A program made the translations under genes and the position numbers. DNA of 64,000 nucleotides from the NCBI GenBank assembly GCA_965243135.1, contig OZ251539.1, positions 4,960,001 to 5,024,000 on the forward strand, given 5' to 3'. The notes beneath the pieces were generated by a model. The model searched no databases. It was not told the origin of the DNA and saw nothing but the letters and a program-made list of their open reading frames with translations. This DNA is from Alphaproteobacteria bacterium (GTDB lineage: Bacteria > Pseudomonadota > Alphaproteobacteria > MPNO01 > UBA830). Positions 1 to 11,000 of this stretch are shown piece by piece (position 1 is the first letter of the stretch; each line of letters opens with the position of its first letter).

Positions 1-2170
1 GGTTCTTGGTGCATTTCAGCTTGTAGGGACGGCCCTGCTCTTCCTCCTCGTAGTCGATGTCGAGGCGGTTTTCGTCGATTTGCGCCATCAGGTGCCCCCG
101 CAAATCCCCCCGAACCGAAAAACGGTGCACCATGGCGACGGGATCCCCGCAGAAAGCCTTGAGTTCCTTGCAATGTTCGCACTTGCAGCTGACATCGCCG
201 GAAATCGTCCAGTCCGAAGGAGACGTCGGCGGCGTTTCGCTTCGCGCAAGCAGAAAGTCGGCCGCGCGCCGCCACAGGGTTTCATATGCGCCGCCCCCTC
301 CGCGCACCTTTTTCAACCGTTCCAGCGCCTGCGGCAACTCCCGGTCCGGAGACACTCCCTCGGAGCGGGCGGCGATCAGCTCGGCCGCTTCATCGGCCAG
401 GCTCTCGAGACCGAAACGCCACGCGAGACGAAAGAGATCCCGGACGCCCTCGACGCCGAGCCGCGGTCTGTCGGGAACGGACCACGCCGAGCGATCAGGC
501 TTCTCCCGGGTCAGGGCGAGAGGCAGGCTTTCGCAGGCCGCGCGCGCGGTCGCGCGGAAAATCCCGTCCCACGGTTCGTCGCCCGCCAGACGCTCGCACA
601 ACCGCCACGTCAAATCGAGGATCCCGGCGCTGCTCTGCCCGAAACGCTCGCTGGCGAGTCCCGGCAGGAATTCGCGCATGCTCTCCGGGTCGAGGCCAGT
701 CGAAGCGGCGACCAACGCATCGTTGACTCCGGGATCGTAGTCAGGAAGCAGAACCTCTCGAAGAAAACGCGACAGCAAAACCGTATCGCCGATCGAATGC
801 AGAAGCTCGATCCCGCGGCTGCAGTTCGCATGCCATTGGCGATCCCCCCATTTTTTCTGCGGCCAGAGGTCGACCAGCCGAACTGCAAGCGCGCGCGCGG
901 GACCGCTCCCGCCAGCCTCGCCCGCGACGAATTCTATCGCCCCCGCAATGCCGCCCTGAACAAGAACATCCAGGGTCTCCGCCCGCGGCCAAACCACGAG
1001 AGCCGCGTGGAGATAAGAGCGCTCGTAGCTTGCTCCGCCGTTACCCGTCGCCTCGTGAAGCCTCTGCTGGTCCGGCTCCGCGTCGTCGAGTCCCCCCATC
1101 GGCATCAGCTCGCCATCGAGCACGGGCACGTTGCCGTAATCCGGGCGTCCGCCGCCGGGCGCCGCCCAACCGTCCAGCCAGTTCGCCACCTCGACCACTT
1201 CGACCACCTCGAAGTCCGCGTCGTCTTCGGACTCGGAATCCCAAGGATCGTAGCCGTAAGACTCGGCGGATCCCGTTTCCTCGGTATGGACCAGCGCGGC
1301 ATACGTTGCGCAGCCGGCGCGTTCCGCGGCCTCCCCGAGTACGCGGGCAACCGCCGCATCCATGTTCTTGAGCGTTTCGAAGGACAGTCCGGCAGCGCTA
1401 TAATCGTGCTCCAGAAGCCACACGATCTTCTTCGATCTCTCGGGGTCGCGGCTCCAGTCCGACAGCACAGAGGCGAGGGCGGCTACCTGGGGCTCGTAAT
1501 CGGGCGCGCCGAATGACTCGCTCTCCGTCAGGACCAGATTGTAGACGAGACATATGCGGTAGCCTTCCGTCACCGGCAGGATCTCGTGCTCGCAATCGGC
1601 GTAGAAGGCCGCATAGGCGAGTTCCGACGGTTCGGAGAGGTTCATGTCGACAACGGTTTCCCGTCCCTGATGCCGGATGACGAGGTCGCCTCCCGATCCG
1701 GCCGCCGGAAACGCGACGACCAGCGTGGCGACCATGCCGTCTTCCTTCTCCGTGTCGCGGTGGCTGACGAAGAAACCGCCGGGTTCGTAGACCAGCAACT
1801 TGTACAGCTCCGCCCTGAGCCCCGGGCAGCCGAGTCCTTCCGTTGCAAGCTCGAGGATTCGGCCGAACGTTTCGGCCCATGTCCGGCCGCCGGGATGCAC
1901 CCGTTTCGGGTCGATCTGCCAGCAATTGCGAACCCCGGAGTCCACGAGCGTCCGCGCGCCCTTGCCGTAGGGCGCGCGCTCCGCCGTCGCGACCAGGGCT
2001 TCGGCCTGTACCGCCGGAACCGGAAACGAAATCGTGCCGACGCCTTCGATCTGCAGAAGCGGCATCGGCACGCAAAGGCTGCCGTGCGTGCAATAATCTC
2101 CCGGACGGTCTATCTCGCGCAGCAATTCTTCGAGCGGCTTCAAGCCTTCGTTGTATTCGATCAACTCCAT
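1..2170 (-). CDS. 2OG-Fe(II) oxygenase domain protein, 3'-partial (runs off the left edge; absent from the ORF track)
   Basis: Manual minus-strand translation from the ATG at 2170 gives MELIEYNEGLKPLEELLREIDRPGDYCTHG...AERAPYGKGARTLVD...LYKLLVYEPGGFFVSHRDTEKEDGMVATLVV...AAFYADCEHEILPVTEGYRICLVYNL, with HxD, H and R motifs. The same frame at the window edge reads ...IDENRLDIDYEEEEQGRPYKLKCTKN. Confidence 0.85.
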   Translation of the reverse strand, partial: MELIEYNEGLKPLEELLREIDRPGDYCTHGSLCVPMPLLQIEGVGTISFPVPAVQAEALVATAERAPYGKGARTLVDSGVRNCWQIDPKRVHPGGRTWAETFGRILELATEGLGCPGLRAELYKLLVYEPGGFFVSHRDTEKEDGMVATLVVAFPAAGSGGDLVIRHQGRETVVDMNLSEPSELAYAAFYADCEHEILPVTEGYRICLVYNLVLTESESFGAPDYEPQVAALASVLSDWSRDPERSKKIVWLLEHDYSAAGLSFETLKNMDAAVARVLGEAAERAGCATYAALVHTEETGSAESYGYDPWDSESEDDADFEVVEVVEVANWLDGWAAPGGGRPDYGNVPVLDGELMPMGGLDDAEPDQQRLHEATGNGGASYERSYLHAALVVWPRAETLDVLVQGGIAGAIEFVAGEAGGSGPARALAVRLVDLWPQKKWGDRQWHANCSRGIELLHSIGDTVLLSRFLREVLLPDYDPGVNDALVAASTGLDPESMREFLPGLASERFGQSSAGILDLTWRLCERLAGDEPWDGIFRATARAACESLPLALTREKPDRSAWSVPDRPRLGVEGVRDLFRLAWRFGLESLADEAAELIAARSEGVSPDRELPQALERLKKVRGGGGAYETLWRRAADFLLARSETPPTSPSDWTISGDVSCKCEHCKELKAFCGDPVAMVHRFSVRGDLRGHLMAQIDENRLDIDYEEEEQGRPYKLKCTKN

Positions 2171-2402
2171 TTTCAAGTCTCCTCGTTACGGCGCACAGGA
2201 GCGACAAGACCGACGGACATTGCGGCGCAATGACCCGACACGGCGGCGCTGCCGCGCCCGGCAATGTATGGCACATCCCGGCGGAATCAGGCATGGCCCT
2301 GCCTCCAAGGTCCGAACGCGAGCGGCAGCGGAAAGGCGGTTGGCACAACCATCGAAACCGGGCACAAACGGGCGGACGCCGCCAAAATCATCGGAAGATG
2401 CC

Positions 2403-3491
2403 ATGCCCGACCTCCCTGCGACAATGCACGAAATCGTCATCGCCGCGCGCAACAACGTCGGCCGGGCGGTCTGGAACTACGTCACGGGCGCCGCGGAAAC
2501 CGAAACCACGATGCGCCGCAATCGTCATTCCCTCGACCGTCTCGCCCTGCGCCCCCGCATTTTGCGGGACGTTCGCGAGATCGACGTGTCCGCCGCCTTC
2601 ATGGGTCACCATCTGCGCATCCCGTGCCTGCTCGCTCCCATCGGCTCGCTGCAGAGCATCACTCCGGAGGGCGGGGTCGCAGTCGCCAGGGCGGCGGCGG
2701 AGTTCGGCGTGATCAATCTCGTCAGCACCGTCACCGAACCTTCCCTGGAGGAAATCGCCGCCGCGACGGACCATCCGAAAATCTTCCAGATTTACATTCG
2801 CGGCGACGAGACCTGGACCGACGAACTGATCGACCGCGCCCGCAACGCCGGATACGCGGCGCTCGCGCTGACGGTTGACTCCGCCTATTACGGGCGGCGC
2901 GAACGTCAGCTGATCACGGGCTGGCGCCCGCCCAGCATCCGGCGCTACGGCGAAGAACGCAGGATGCACCAGGCCGGCCTGACATGGGAGTGGATGGACC
3001 GCATGCGCGAACGCGGCGGCTTGCCTTTCATTCTTAAGGGCGTGCAAACGGCCGAGGACGCGAAAATCGCGATCGATCACGGCGTCGACGTAATCTACGT
3101 CTCGAATCACGGCGGACGGCAACTCGATCACGGCGACGGCACGATCGAAATCCTCGGAGAAGTGACGGCGGTCGCCGGAAATCGCGCGGAGATCGTCGTC
3201 GACGGCGGATTCCTGCGCGGAACCGACGTGCTGAAAGCGCTCGCCCTGGGCGCGGACGCCGTCGCCCTCGGTCGTTTCCAGGCGTGGGCTCTGGCGGCCG
3301 GCGGCGAACGGATGCTGGTGCGCGCGCTCGAGATCATGGAGGCCGAGATGCGAAACGCCATGGGCCTCATCGGCGTGACGTCCCTGAACGAACTTGACGA
3401 GGGCTTCGTCAAGGAGGCCCGCGCCGTCGACCGCGCGCACGAACTCTCCGCATTTCCCTTCCTTCCCGATGAAATCCGCGGTCCCCGGTAG
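2403..3491 (+). CDS. FMN-dependent alpha-hydroxy acid oxidase/dehydrogenase (glycolate oxidase/LldD family)
   Basis: SNHGGRQLD, DGGFLRGTDVLKALALGA and ILKG motifs. Start placed at MPDLPATM (ATG 2403). Confidence 0.92.
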   Translation: MPDLPATMHEIVIAARNNVGRAVWNYVTGAAETETTMRRNRHSLDRLALRPRILRDVREIDVSAAFMGHHLRIPCLLAPIGSLQSITPEGGVAVARAAAEFGVINLVSTVTEPSLEEIAAATDHPKIFQIYIRGDETWTDELIDRARNAGYAALALTVDSAYYGRRERQLITGWRPPSIRRYGEERRMHQAGLTWEWMDRMRERGGLPFILKGVQTAEDAKIAIDHGVDVIYVSNHGGRQLDHGDGTIEILGEVTAVAGNRAEIVVDGGFLRGTDVLKALALGADAVALGRFQAWALAAGGERMLVRALEIMEAEMRNAMGLIGVTSLNELDEGFVKEARAVDRAHELSAFPFLPDEIRGPR

Positions 3492-3733
3492 CCTTGCCGG
3501 CGGCATGCCGAGACCGGTTCGCACCGGAACGACAGGGGTTGGATTCGGCCGGCCGCTCCCGGGCCGGAAGCGGCGGGATTTTCCGGGGCTGCCCGGGGGC
3601 CGGAACGCCGAGCCTGCCGTCCGAAACCCTGGACGCCGAACTTCGAGCGCCATGCGGCCCGCAAAAAACTTCGGAGACGCGACGTTCGCCCGACTCGAAA
3701 AATTCGGAACGGCCACGCGCCGCCGCGAGAGCT

Positions 3734-4339
3734 TCAGGACGGATGGGAATCCGCCGCGATTTGCGGGTCGGCGGCAGTGGCCGTCAGATCGTACGGCACT
3801 TGGTTGGGTCCCGGAAACCTGCGCTTTCCGCCCTCGTAGCGGAACTGCTCGAAAGTCCCGGATTTTCGGCTGCGCACGATAACGGCGACGGTCTTTTCGT
3901 CGCCTGCGTATTCGGAATGAATTTCCCACGGACGAACGACATCGACGTCTCCGGGACCGCAGTGCGCCGCGTAACTTTCCTCGTAGCCGAGCCTGCCGCC
4001 TTTCTCGACCTCCCTGTAGCGGACGATCCGTTCGTTTCCCCGCAGAAGCCCGTAAACGGTCCAAGTCTCGCCGTGATCGTGAATCATGGCCCGGCCGCCC
4101 GGGTTCTTGATCAGGCCGTTGATGACAAACTTGTGGTCCCGATCCTCGTAGAACAGCAGATTGTCGACCTTCTCGCCATCGAAACCTCCCACCGGCCAGC
4201 CCTCGGCATGACGGCGCAGCGCCTCGTCCTCGAGGAGTTCTCCGAGCAACTCACGACACCGGTTCCAGCGCGCTTCGCCGTCGAGAGCCTCGCAGGCTTC
4301 CCGCATGCGGGCGACAAATTCCTGTACCGCAGGCAACAT
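3734..4339 (-). CDS. Cysteine-dioxygenase-like cupin protein
   Basis: IHDHGETWTVYGLLRGNE and a later IHSE give a 3-His cupin pattern. GGAGGGAG RBS precedes ATG 4339. Confidence 0.7.
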   Translation of the reverse strand: MLPAVQEFVARMREACEALDGEARWNRCRELLGELLEDEALRRHAEGWPVGGFDGEKVDNLLFYEDRDHKFVINGLIKNPGGRAMIHDHGETWTVYGLLRGNERIVRYREVEKGGRLGYEESYAAHCGPGDVDVVRPWEIHSEYAGDEKTVAVIVRSRKSGTFEQFRYEGGKRRFPGPNQVPYDLTATAADPQIAADSHPS

Positions 4340-5059
4340 CGCATCTCCCTCCATAATCCAGAATCATCATAGGCTGCGGCGCAGCGCCGGTCCAAGCGAC
4401 CTGAACGGACGGCTTCGCGCGGATCCTCGGAATTTCCAGAGCGCGACCGCTCTTGCGGCAGCGAGCGCCGCGCAGTTCCATTATTGCGAACTCCGGTTTT
4501 CGTTCCCGGAATCAGAATCTCCGCTGTCAGGCCGCGATGCCGTTTAGCGTCGCGTCGCGACCCGACATCGCCCTGAAGGCAAGGACGTTCCTGCCTCCTG
4601 GGCCTGCCGGCCTGCGCGTTGGTTGACCTTGGCTGGCGGCGACGCCCGGCCCGGCAGCCTTTGAGGCTCGCGCAGCGCGCGATGCTTGCGCTCGCGAAGA
4701 AACTCGCGCTCGAGAACCTCCAGCGTTCGTCGCAGCCTTGTCGCGGAAACGGCGGAGACGATCCTTGCGGGACCAACGTTCCGGCGCGCGGCTTGGAGCA
4801 TTGTTCATCCTCAACCCTCCGCGCCGAAATCCGCGCCCGGGACGGCGTTTTGGCGCGAAATCGCCGATTTCGCTCTTGAACCGCCGCAGCCCGGACTCCG
4901 ACAATCATCGAAAATCGGCGGATTTTTCCGGTTTGACGGTTTCAGACCTGCAGACCTGCGCACCCTCCGCATGCCGTACTTCGACCGGCCTCAAAAGGAG
5001 CATTGTTGAAAGATAAAGTCTCTTCGTTACCCGGGCTCGTCCCTTGATCGAGCGCGGTT

Positions 5060-8000
5060 CTACCAGTGCATGCGGAGCTTGAGGCTGATGCTGTGTTCGA
5101 ATGCGTTCGTTTCGCTTTCGCTACGGCTCGCTTCCGCTTCGACGAGCAGGTTGCGGGCCGGCGCGAAGCGGCAGCCCAAGCCGTAGCCGCGACCGCCTCC
5201 CCGGCTGTCCCGTTTGACGGTCAGGGTCATCGCGCGCGACTCGTCGAAGCGGTAACCCGCTTCCAGGCGCAGCCGGCCTCCGGCCGAGCCGCCATCGTCC
5301 GGCGGCGCGCCCTCCCACAGGGACTGCGCCCCGCTGTCCGTCGCGCCCCACTGCGGCGACATCCCGATCCACGGTCCCAGGCCGTCGCCCCCCGGATCGA
5401 AATGGATCGCGAAGCTCGCGCCCCATTCCTCGAACCCCGACGAGCGATGCGCCAACAGGTACCGCCCCCGCGCCTCGGCCTCCAGCCCGAGCCGCATGTC
5501 CGCGTAGGTCGCGCCGCCTCCCATCTCCTGGCCGAACCCCTCGTCCAGGCGGCCGCCGTCCCATCGCCCCCCAAGTTCCAACCGCGGACGCAAACGGGCG
5601 TGCTCCGTCAGGCCCCAGTCGGCGGAACCCTCCACCATAAGGCGCAGACGCCGCGTTCCCGCATCGGTCGCAGACAGCCCCCGCGCGGCGTCCGACATCA
5701 TCCGCACGGCGACGCCGTCTCCCTTGAGCGCCCAGTCCACGCCGCCGGAGGCTCCCAGCTCCTTGCGCCCGCCCAACGCCGCCATTCGCATCTCGATATC
5801 CGTACGCGCCGCCCCCGCTTCGTCCGCCACCTTCGCGGCACCCTGTCCGGCCCCCATTATCGCCCACAGGTTCACCATGGGGACCGGCGTCCAGTGGGCA
5901 TAAGGAAACACGCTCGTCAGCGTCGCGTCCACGTCGCCCCGCCCTTCTCCCAGGACGTAGCTCATTTCGCCCCGGCTGCGCGCGACCGCGACCCCGAGCA
6001 GGAAATCGGGGCGCGGCCGGGCGTCGGTCCCCACGAAACCGGTGAACACCTCGCCCTCCGTCTCCAGGTCGTCGTCAGGCCGGCCGGAGAACCGGGACGC
6101 CCCCGCGCGGCCCCACAGCGCCGGTCCCCCGCCGGCCGCAGCGTCGTCCCGTCCCAAGGACAGCGCGAACGAACTTCGCGCCGCCAGTTCGCGCATGCCG
6201 CTCCCGGCGCCGTCGTCCGAACGCCGGGGCGCGCCGCCGACGCCGACCCCCGAAAGCCCGTCCTCGTCCGCCGGCGTCGCCTCCGCTGCGCCCAGCGGCA
6301 CCGCGTGCCCGCCCAGCGTCACCCGGTTCCCGGGCGCCGCCTCCGTGAACCGCTCCCCGAGCACGTCGATCGCCTCCGCCGCCACCGTGCGGCCGAACGC
6401 CGCGAGAACCGCCTCGAACGCCCGCGTCCGTCCTTGGTGATCGTTGTCCACGATCGTTCCCGTCGCCGCCGCACGAGCACCCATCGGATGCACCGATACG
6501 GCGTCCAAGGTGAACGTCTCGTGGGGCTCGTCCGTCTCGTCGTTGATCGTCCGCACCGCCACCCGCACCGAGGTCTGGCCAGCTGCGATCCTGAATTCGT
6601 GACCGGTCGCGTACGCGACGGCGCCGCCTCCGCTCGTGGACGCCAAGGACAACGGGCTCCGCGCCGCGGCTGTCGTGTAGTCTTCGCCGACCGTCGCCGT
6701 GCCCGGCACCGCGACGAGCCGCGCCGTCATGTCCCGCGGCGGCGGCGGCGACAGCTTCAGAAAAAACACGACCTCGTCGCCTTCCTCCGCTTTCGCGTCC
6801 TCCAGCGAAAAGGCAATCCGCGGCCAGACTTCGATGGCGAAGGTCAACGTCGCCTCGTCGCCATCGGCGTCGGTGGCCGTCCAGGCGTATTCGGTTCGCT
6901 GCATGGGCTCGGCCGGCGCGCCGGAGATCTCGTGCGTCGCCGCGTCCCGCGCCACCCCGGCCGGCGGCAGCCGCGACAGCGTGTAGGTCAGTTCGCCATT
7001 GCCGTCCGTGGCCGTCGGCAGCGCGAACGTCTCGATTCGAAGACCCGCAACCCAAAGCTTGTCCGTTATCGTCTCGTCGCCGAAGCTCGGAACCGTGTCC
7101 TCGAACACCGTGACGTTGAAGGTGAGCGTCGCCTCGTCGCCATCGGCGTCGGTGGCCGTCCAGGCGTATTCGGTTCGCTGCATGGGCTCGGCCGGCGCGC
7201 CGGAAACCGCGCGCGTCGCCGCGTCGCGCGCCACGCCGTCCGGCGGCGTCGGCGACAGCGCGTAGGTCAGCGAGCCGTCGCCGCCCGTGGCCGTCGGCAG
7301 AACGAAGGGAGCGATCGCCGCGTTCTGGACCCAGGACTGGTCCGGAACCGCAGCGTCGCCGAAGGTCGGGACCGAATCCGGCGTCGGGGCCGAATCCGGC
7401 GTCGCGACCGCCGCGCCGGAGCGGTCCGTCACCGTGATGTCCACCGTGTCGCTCACGCTCGCGCCGCCCGCCGTCACCGTCAGCCGGAACGTCAGCACCG
7501 TCACTCCCGATACTTGCGGCGCCGTGAACGACGGGCCGGCCGTCGCCGCGCCCGTCAGCGCCACCGTCGGCGTCCCGCCCGTCTGCTCCCAGGCCCAGGT
7601 CGGCGCCCCGGCCGCCGGGTCCCACCCGTGCGCGCGGCCGCTCAGCGTCACCGCGGCCCCTTCGTCCACGATTTTGTCCTCTCCCGCGTCGGCCGCCAGC
7701 GCGGACGGCGGCGATACGCTTTCGTCGTCATCCGTGATCGTCAGCGTCACGGCCGCCGGGTCCGTCTTGCCGTGGCCGTTCGCCGCCGTCCCCGAAACCG
7801 TCACCGACTTATCCGGCTCGTCCTTCGCGTTGTCCACCGCCGTGATCGTCACCGCGCCGACGCTCGCCGTCGCGCCCGCCGCGACGGTCAGCGTCGTTCC
7901 CGACAGCGTGAAGCCCGTCCCCGGAGACGCCGACACCGTGACCGTCGTCGGCTGGCTCGACGGACGGTCCAGCGTCGCCGTCACCGTCGACACGCCGCCA

Positions 8001-11000
8001 TTCTCCGAAATCGACGACGACGACAACGCCAGCGTCACGCGCGGCGCCGCGTCGTCGTCCGCGATGGTCAGGATCACGTCGTGCGGGTCGTTCGCAAGAC
8101 CCAGACCGTCGGACGCCGCGCCCGAAACGGTCACCGACTTGTTCGGCGCGTCGGTGTCGTCGTCCACCCCCGTCACCGTCACCACGCCCGCGCTCGTCGT
8201 GGCGTTCGCCGCGAAGGTCAACGTGTTCGCGCTCGAAAGCGTGAACCCGGCGCCGCCGGCCGACACCGTCACCGTTACAGCCACGCCCGACTTGCCGGAA
8301 AGCATCGCCGTCACCGTCGCAACGCCGCCCGCCTCCGCAATTGACGCGGAAGACAGAACCAGCGTCGTCTGCGGCGTATCGTCGTCGGTCAGCGTCAGCG
8401 TCAGCGGTGACGGATCGGCCACGCCGTTGCCGCCCGCAGCCGTCCCCGAAACCGTGATCCGCTCGCTCCCCTCCGCCACGCCGTCGTCGGCGCCCCTCAC
8501 CGTCACCGTGCCCGTGCTGGTCGTGGACTCCGCCGCGATGGTCAGCGTCGTCCCCGTCTGCGTGAAGTCCGTCCCCGGTCCCGGCGACGCCCCCACCGTC
8601 ACCGTCACCGCCGCGCTCGACTTGCCGGAAAGCCGCGCCGCCACCGTCGCAACGCCGCCGTTCTCCGAAATCGACGACGACGACAGAACCAGCGAAACTG
8701 TCGGAAGCGTCTCGTCGTCCGCGATGGCGAGCGTCACGGCGGACGGGTTCGCCACGCCGCCGCCCGCCGCCGTGGCCGACACCGCCACCGACTTGTCCGG
8801 CGAGTCCACGTCGTTGCCGTTCGCCGTCACCGTCACCGCGCCCGCGCTCGAAGTCGATCCCGCCGCTATCGTCAGCGTCATCGCGCCCGAAAGCGTGAAG
8901 TCGCCCGAAACCGCGCCCGTTCCCGGCGACGCCGATACCGTCAGCGTCACCGCTTCGCTCGACTTGCCGGAGAGCGTCGCGCTCACCGTCGATACGCCGC
9001 CGCTCTCCGGGATCGTCGCAGGCGACAGCTTCAGCGTCGCTGTCGGCGCGCTCTCGTCGTCCGTCAGCGTGAGGCTCGCGCCGGTCACGGCCACGGTTTC
9101 CGACTCGGCGGCGGCCTGGCCGTTGGACGCCGTTCCCGTCACCGTCGCCGCGCGGTCGCCCACGTTGTCGATGGCGTCGTCCACCGCCGTGATCGTCGCC
9201 GTGTCCGTAGCGTTCGCCGTCTCACCCGCCGCAATCACGATCGTCGCGTCCGAGCCCGCCGCGTAGAAGCCCGACACCCCCGTCACCGTCACCGTCGTCG
9301 CCGCGCTCGACGGGTGCGAGAGCGTCGCTCTCACCGTCGTCGCGCCCCCGTTTTCCGGGATCGAAGAGGACGCCAACCCCAGCGTCGCATCCGGAGCCGC
9401 GTCGTCGTCCGCGATGGTCAGCGTCTTGCTCGCCGGGTTCGCCACGCCGCCGCCGGACGCCGCGGCCGAGACCGTCACCGACTTGTCCGGCGAGTCCGTC
9501 GCATCGGCGACCGCCGTCACCGTCACCGCGCCCGCGCTCGCCGTCGATCCCGCCCCGATGGTCAGCGTCTTCGCGCTCGACAGCGCGAACCCGGCACCGC
9601 CGGCCGACACCGTCAGCGTCACCGCTTCGCTCGACGCGCGGTTCAGCGTCGCCGTCACCGTCGATATGCCGCCGCTCTCCGAAATCGACGACTGCGACAG
9701 CTTCAGCGTCGCCGTCGGCGCACCCTCGTCGTCGGTCAGCGTGAGGCTCGCCCCGGTCACGTTGCCCGCGCCTTGGTCGTTGGCCACCGTTCCCGTCACC
9801 GTCGCCGCGCGGTCGCCCACGTTGTCGATGGCGTCGTCCACCGCCGTAATCGTCGCCGTGTCCGTGGTGTTCGTCGTACTCCCAGCCGCAATCACGATCA
9901 TCGCGTCCGAGCCTGCCGCGTAGAAGCCCGACACCCCCGTCACCGTCACCGTCGTCGCCGCGCTCGACGGGTGCGAGAGCGTCGCTCTCACCGTCGTCGC
10001 GCCCCCGTTTTCCGGGATCGAAGAGGACGCCAACCCCAGCGTTACGCCCGGCGCCGCGTCGTCGTCCGCGATGGTCAGCGTCACGGCGGACGGGTTCGCC
10101 ACGCTGTCGCCTGAGGCAGTGGCCGAGACCGTCACCGACTTGTCCGGCGAGTCCGTCGCATCGGCGACCGCCGTCACCGTCACCGCGCCCGCGCTCGTCG
10201 TCGATCCCGCCCCGATGGTCAGCGTCTTCGCGCTCGACAGCGTGAACCCGGTGCCGCCGGCCGACACCGTTAGCGTCACCGCTTCGCTCGACTTGCCGGA
10301 GAGCGTCGCCGTCACCGTCGCCGCGCCGCCGTTCTCCGGGATCGTCGCAGGCGACAGCTTCAGCGTCGCCGTCGGCGCGCCCTCGTCGTCCGTCAGCGTC
10401 AGACTCGCCCCGGTCACGTTGCCCGCGCCCTGGTCGTTGGCCACCGTTCCCGTCACCGTCGCCGTGCGGTTACCCACGTTGTCGATGGCGTCGTTCACCG
10501 CCGTAATCGCTGCCGTGTCCGTGGCGTTCGCCGTGCTCCCCGCCGCAATCACGATCGTTGCGTCCGAACCCACGGTGTAGAAGCCCGTCACCCCCGTCAC
10601 CGTCACCGTCGTCGCTGCGCTCGACGGGTGCGAGAGCGTCGCGCTCACCGTCGTCGCGCCGCCGTTCTCCGGGATCGAAGAATCCGCCACCGCCAGAGCC
10701 ACCGAAGGCGCCGCGTCGTCGTCCGCGATGGTCAGCGTCACGGCGGACGGGTTCGCCACGCCGCCGCCGGACGCCGCGGCCGAGACCGTCACCGATTTGT
10801 CCGGCGAGTCCGTCGCGTCGGCGACCGCCGTCACCGTCACCGCGCCCGCGCTCGTCGTCGATCCCGCCGCTATGGTCAGCGTCTTCGCGCTCGAAAGCTT
10901 GAAGTCGCCCGAAACCGCGCCCGTTCCCGGCGACGCCCCCACCGTCAGCGTCACCGCTTCGCTCGACGCGCGGTTCAGCGTCGCCGTCACCGTCGATACG

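Noticed and set aside
4380-5050. Possible gene or ncRNA in the 0.7-kb gap downstream of the adhesin
   Set aside because: Only weak GC-rich hairpins and ORFs without recognisable motifs are present.
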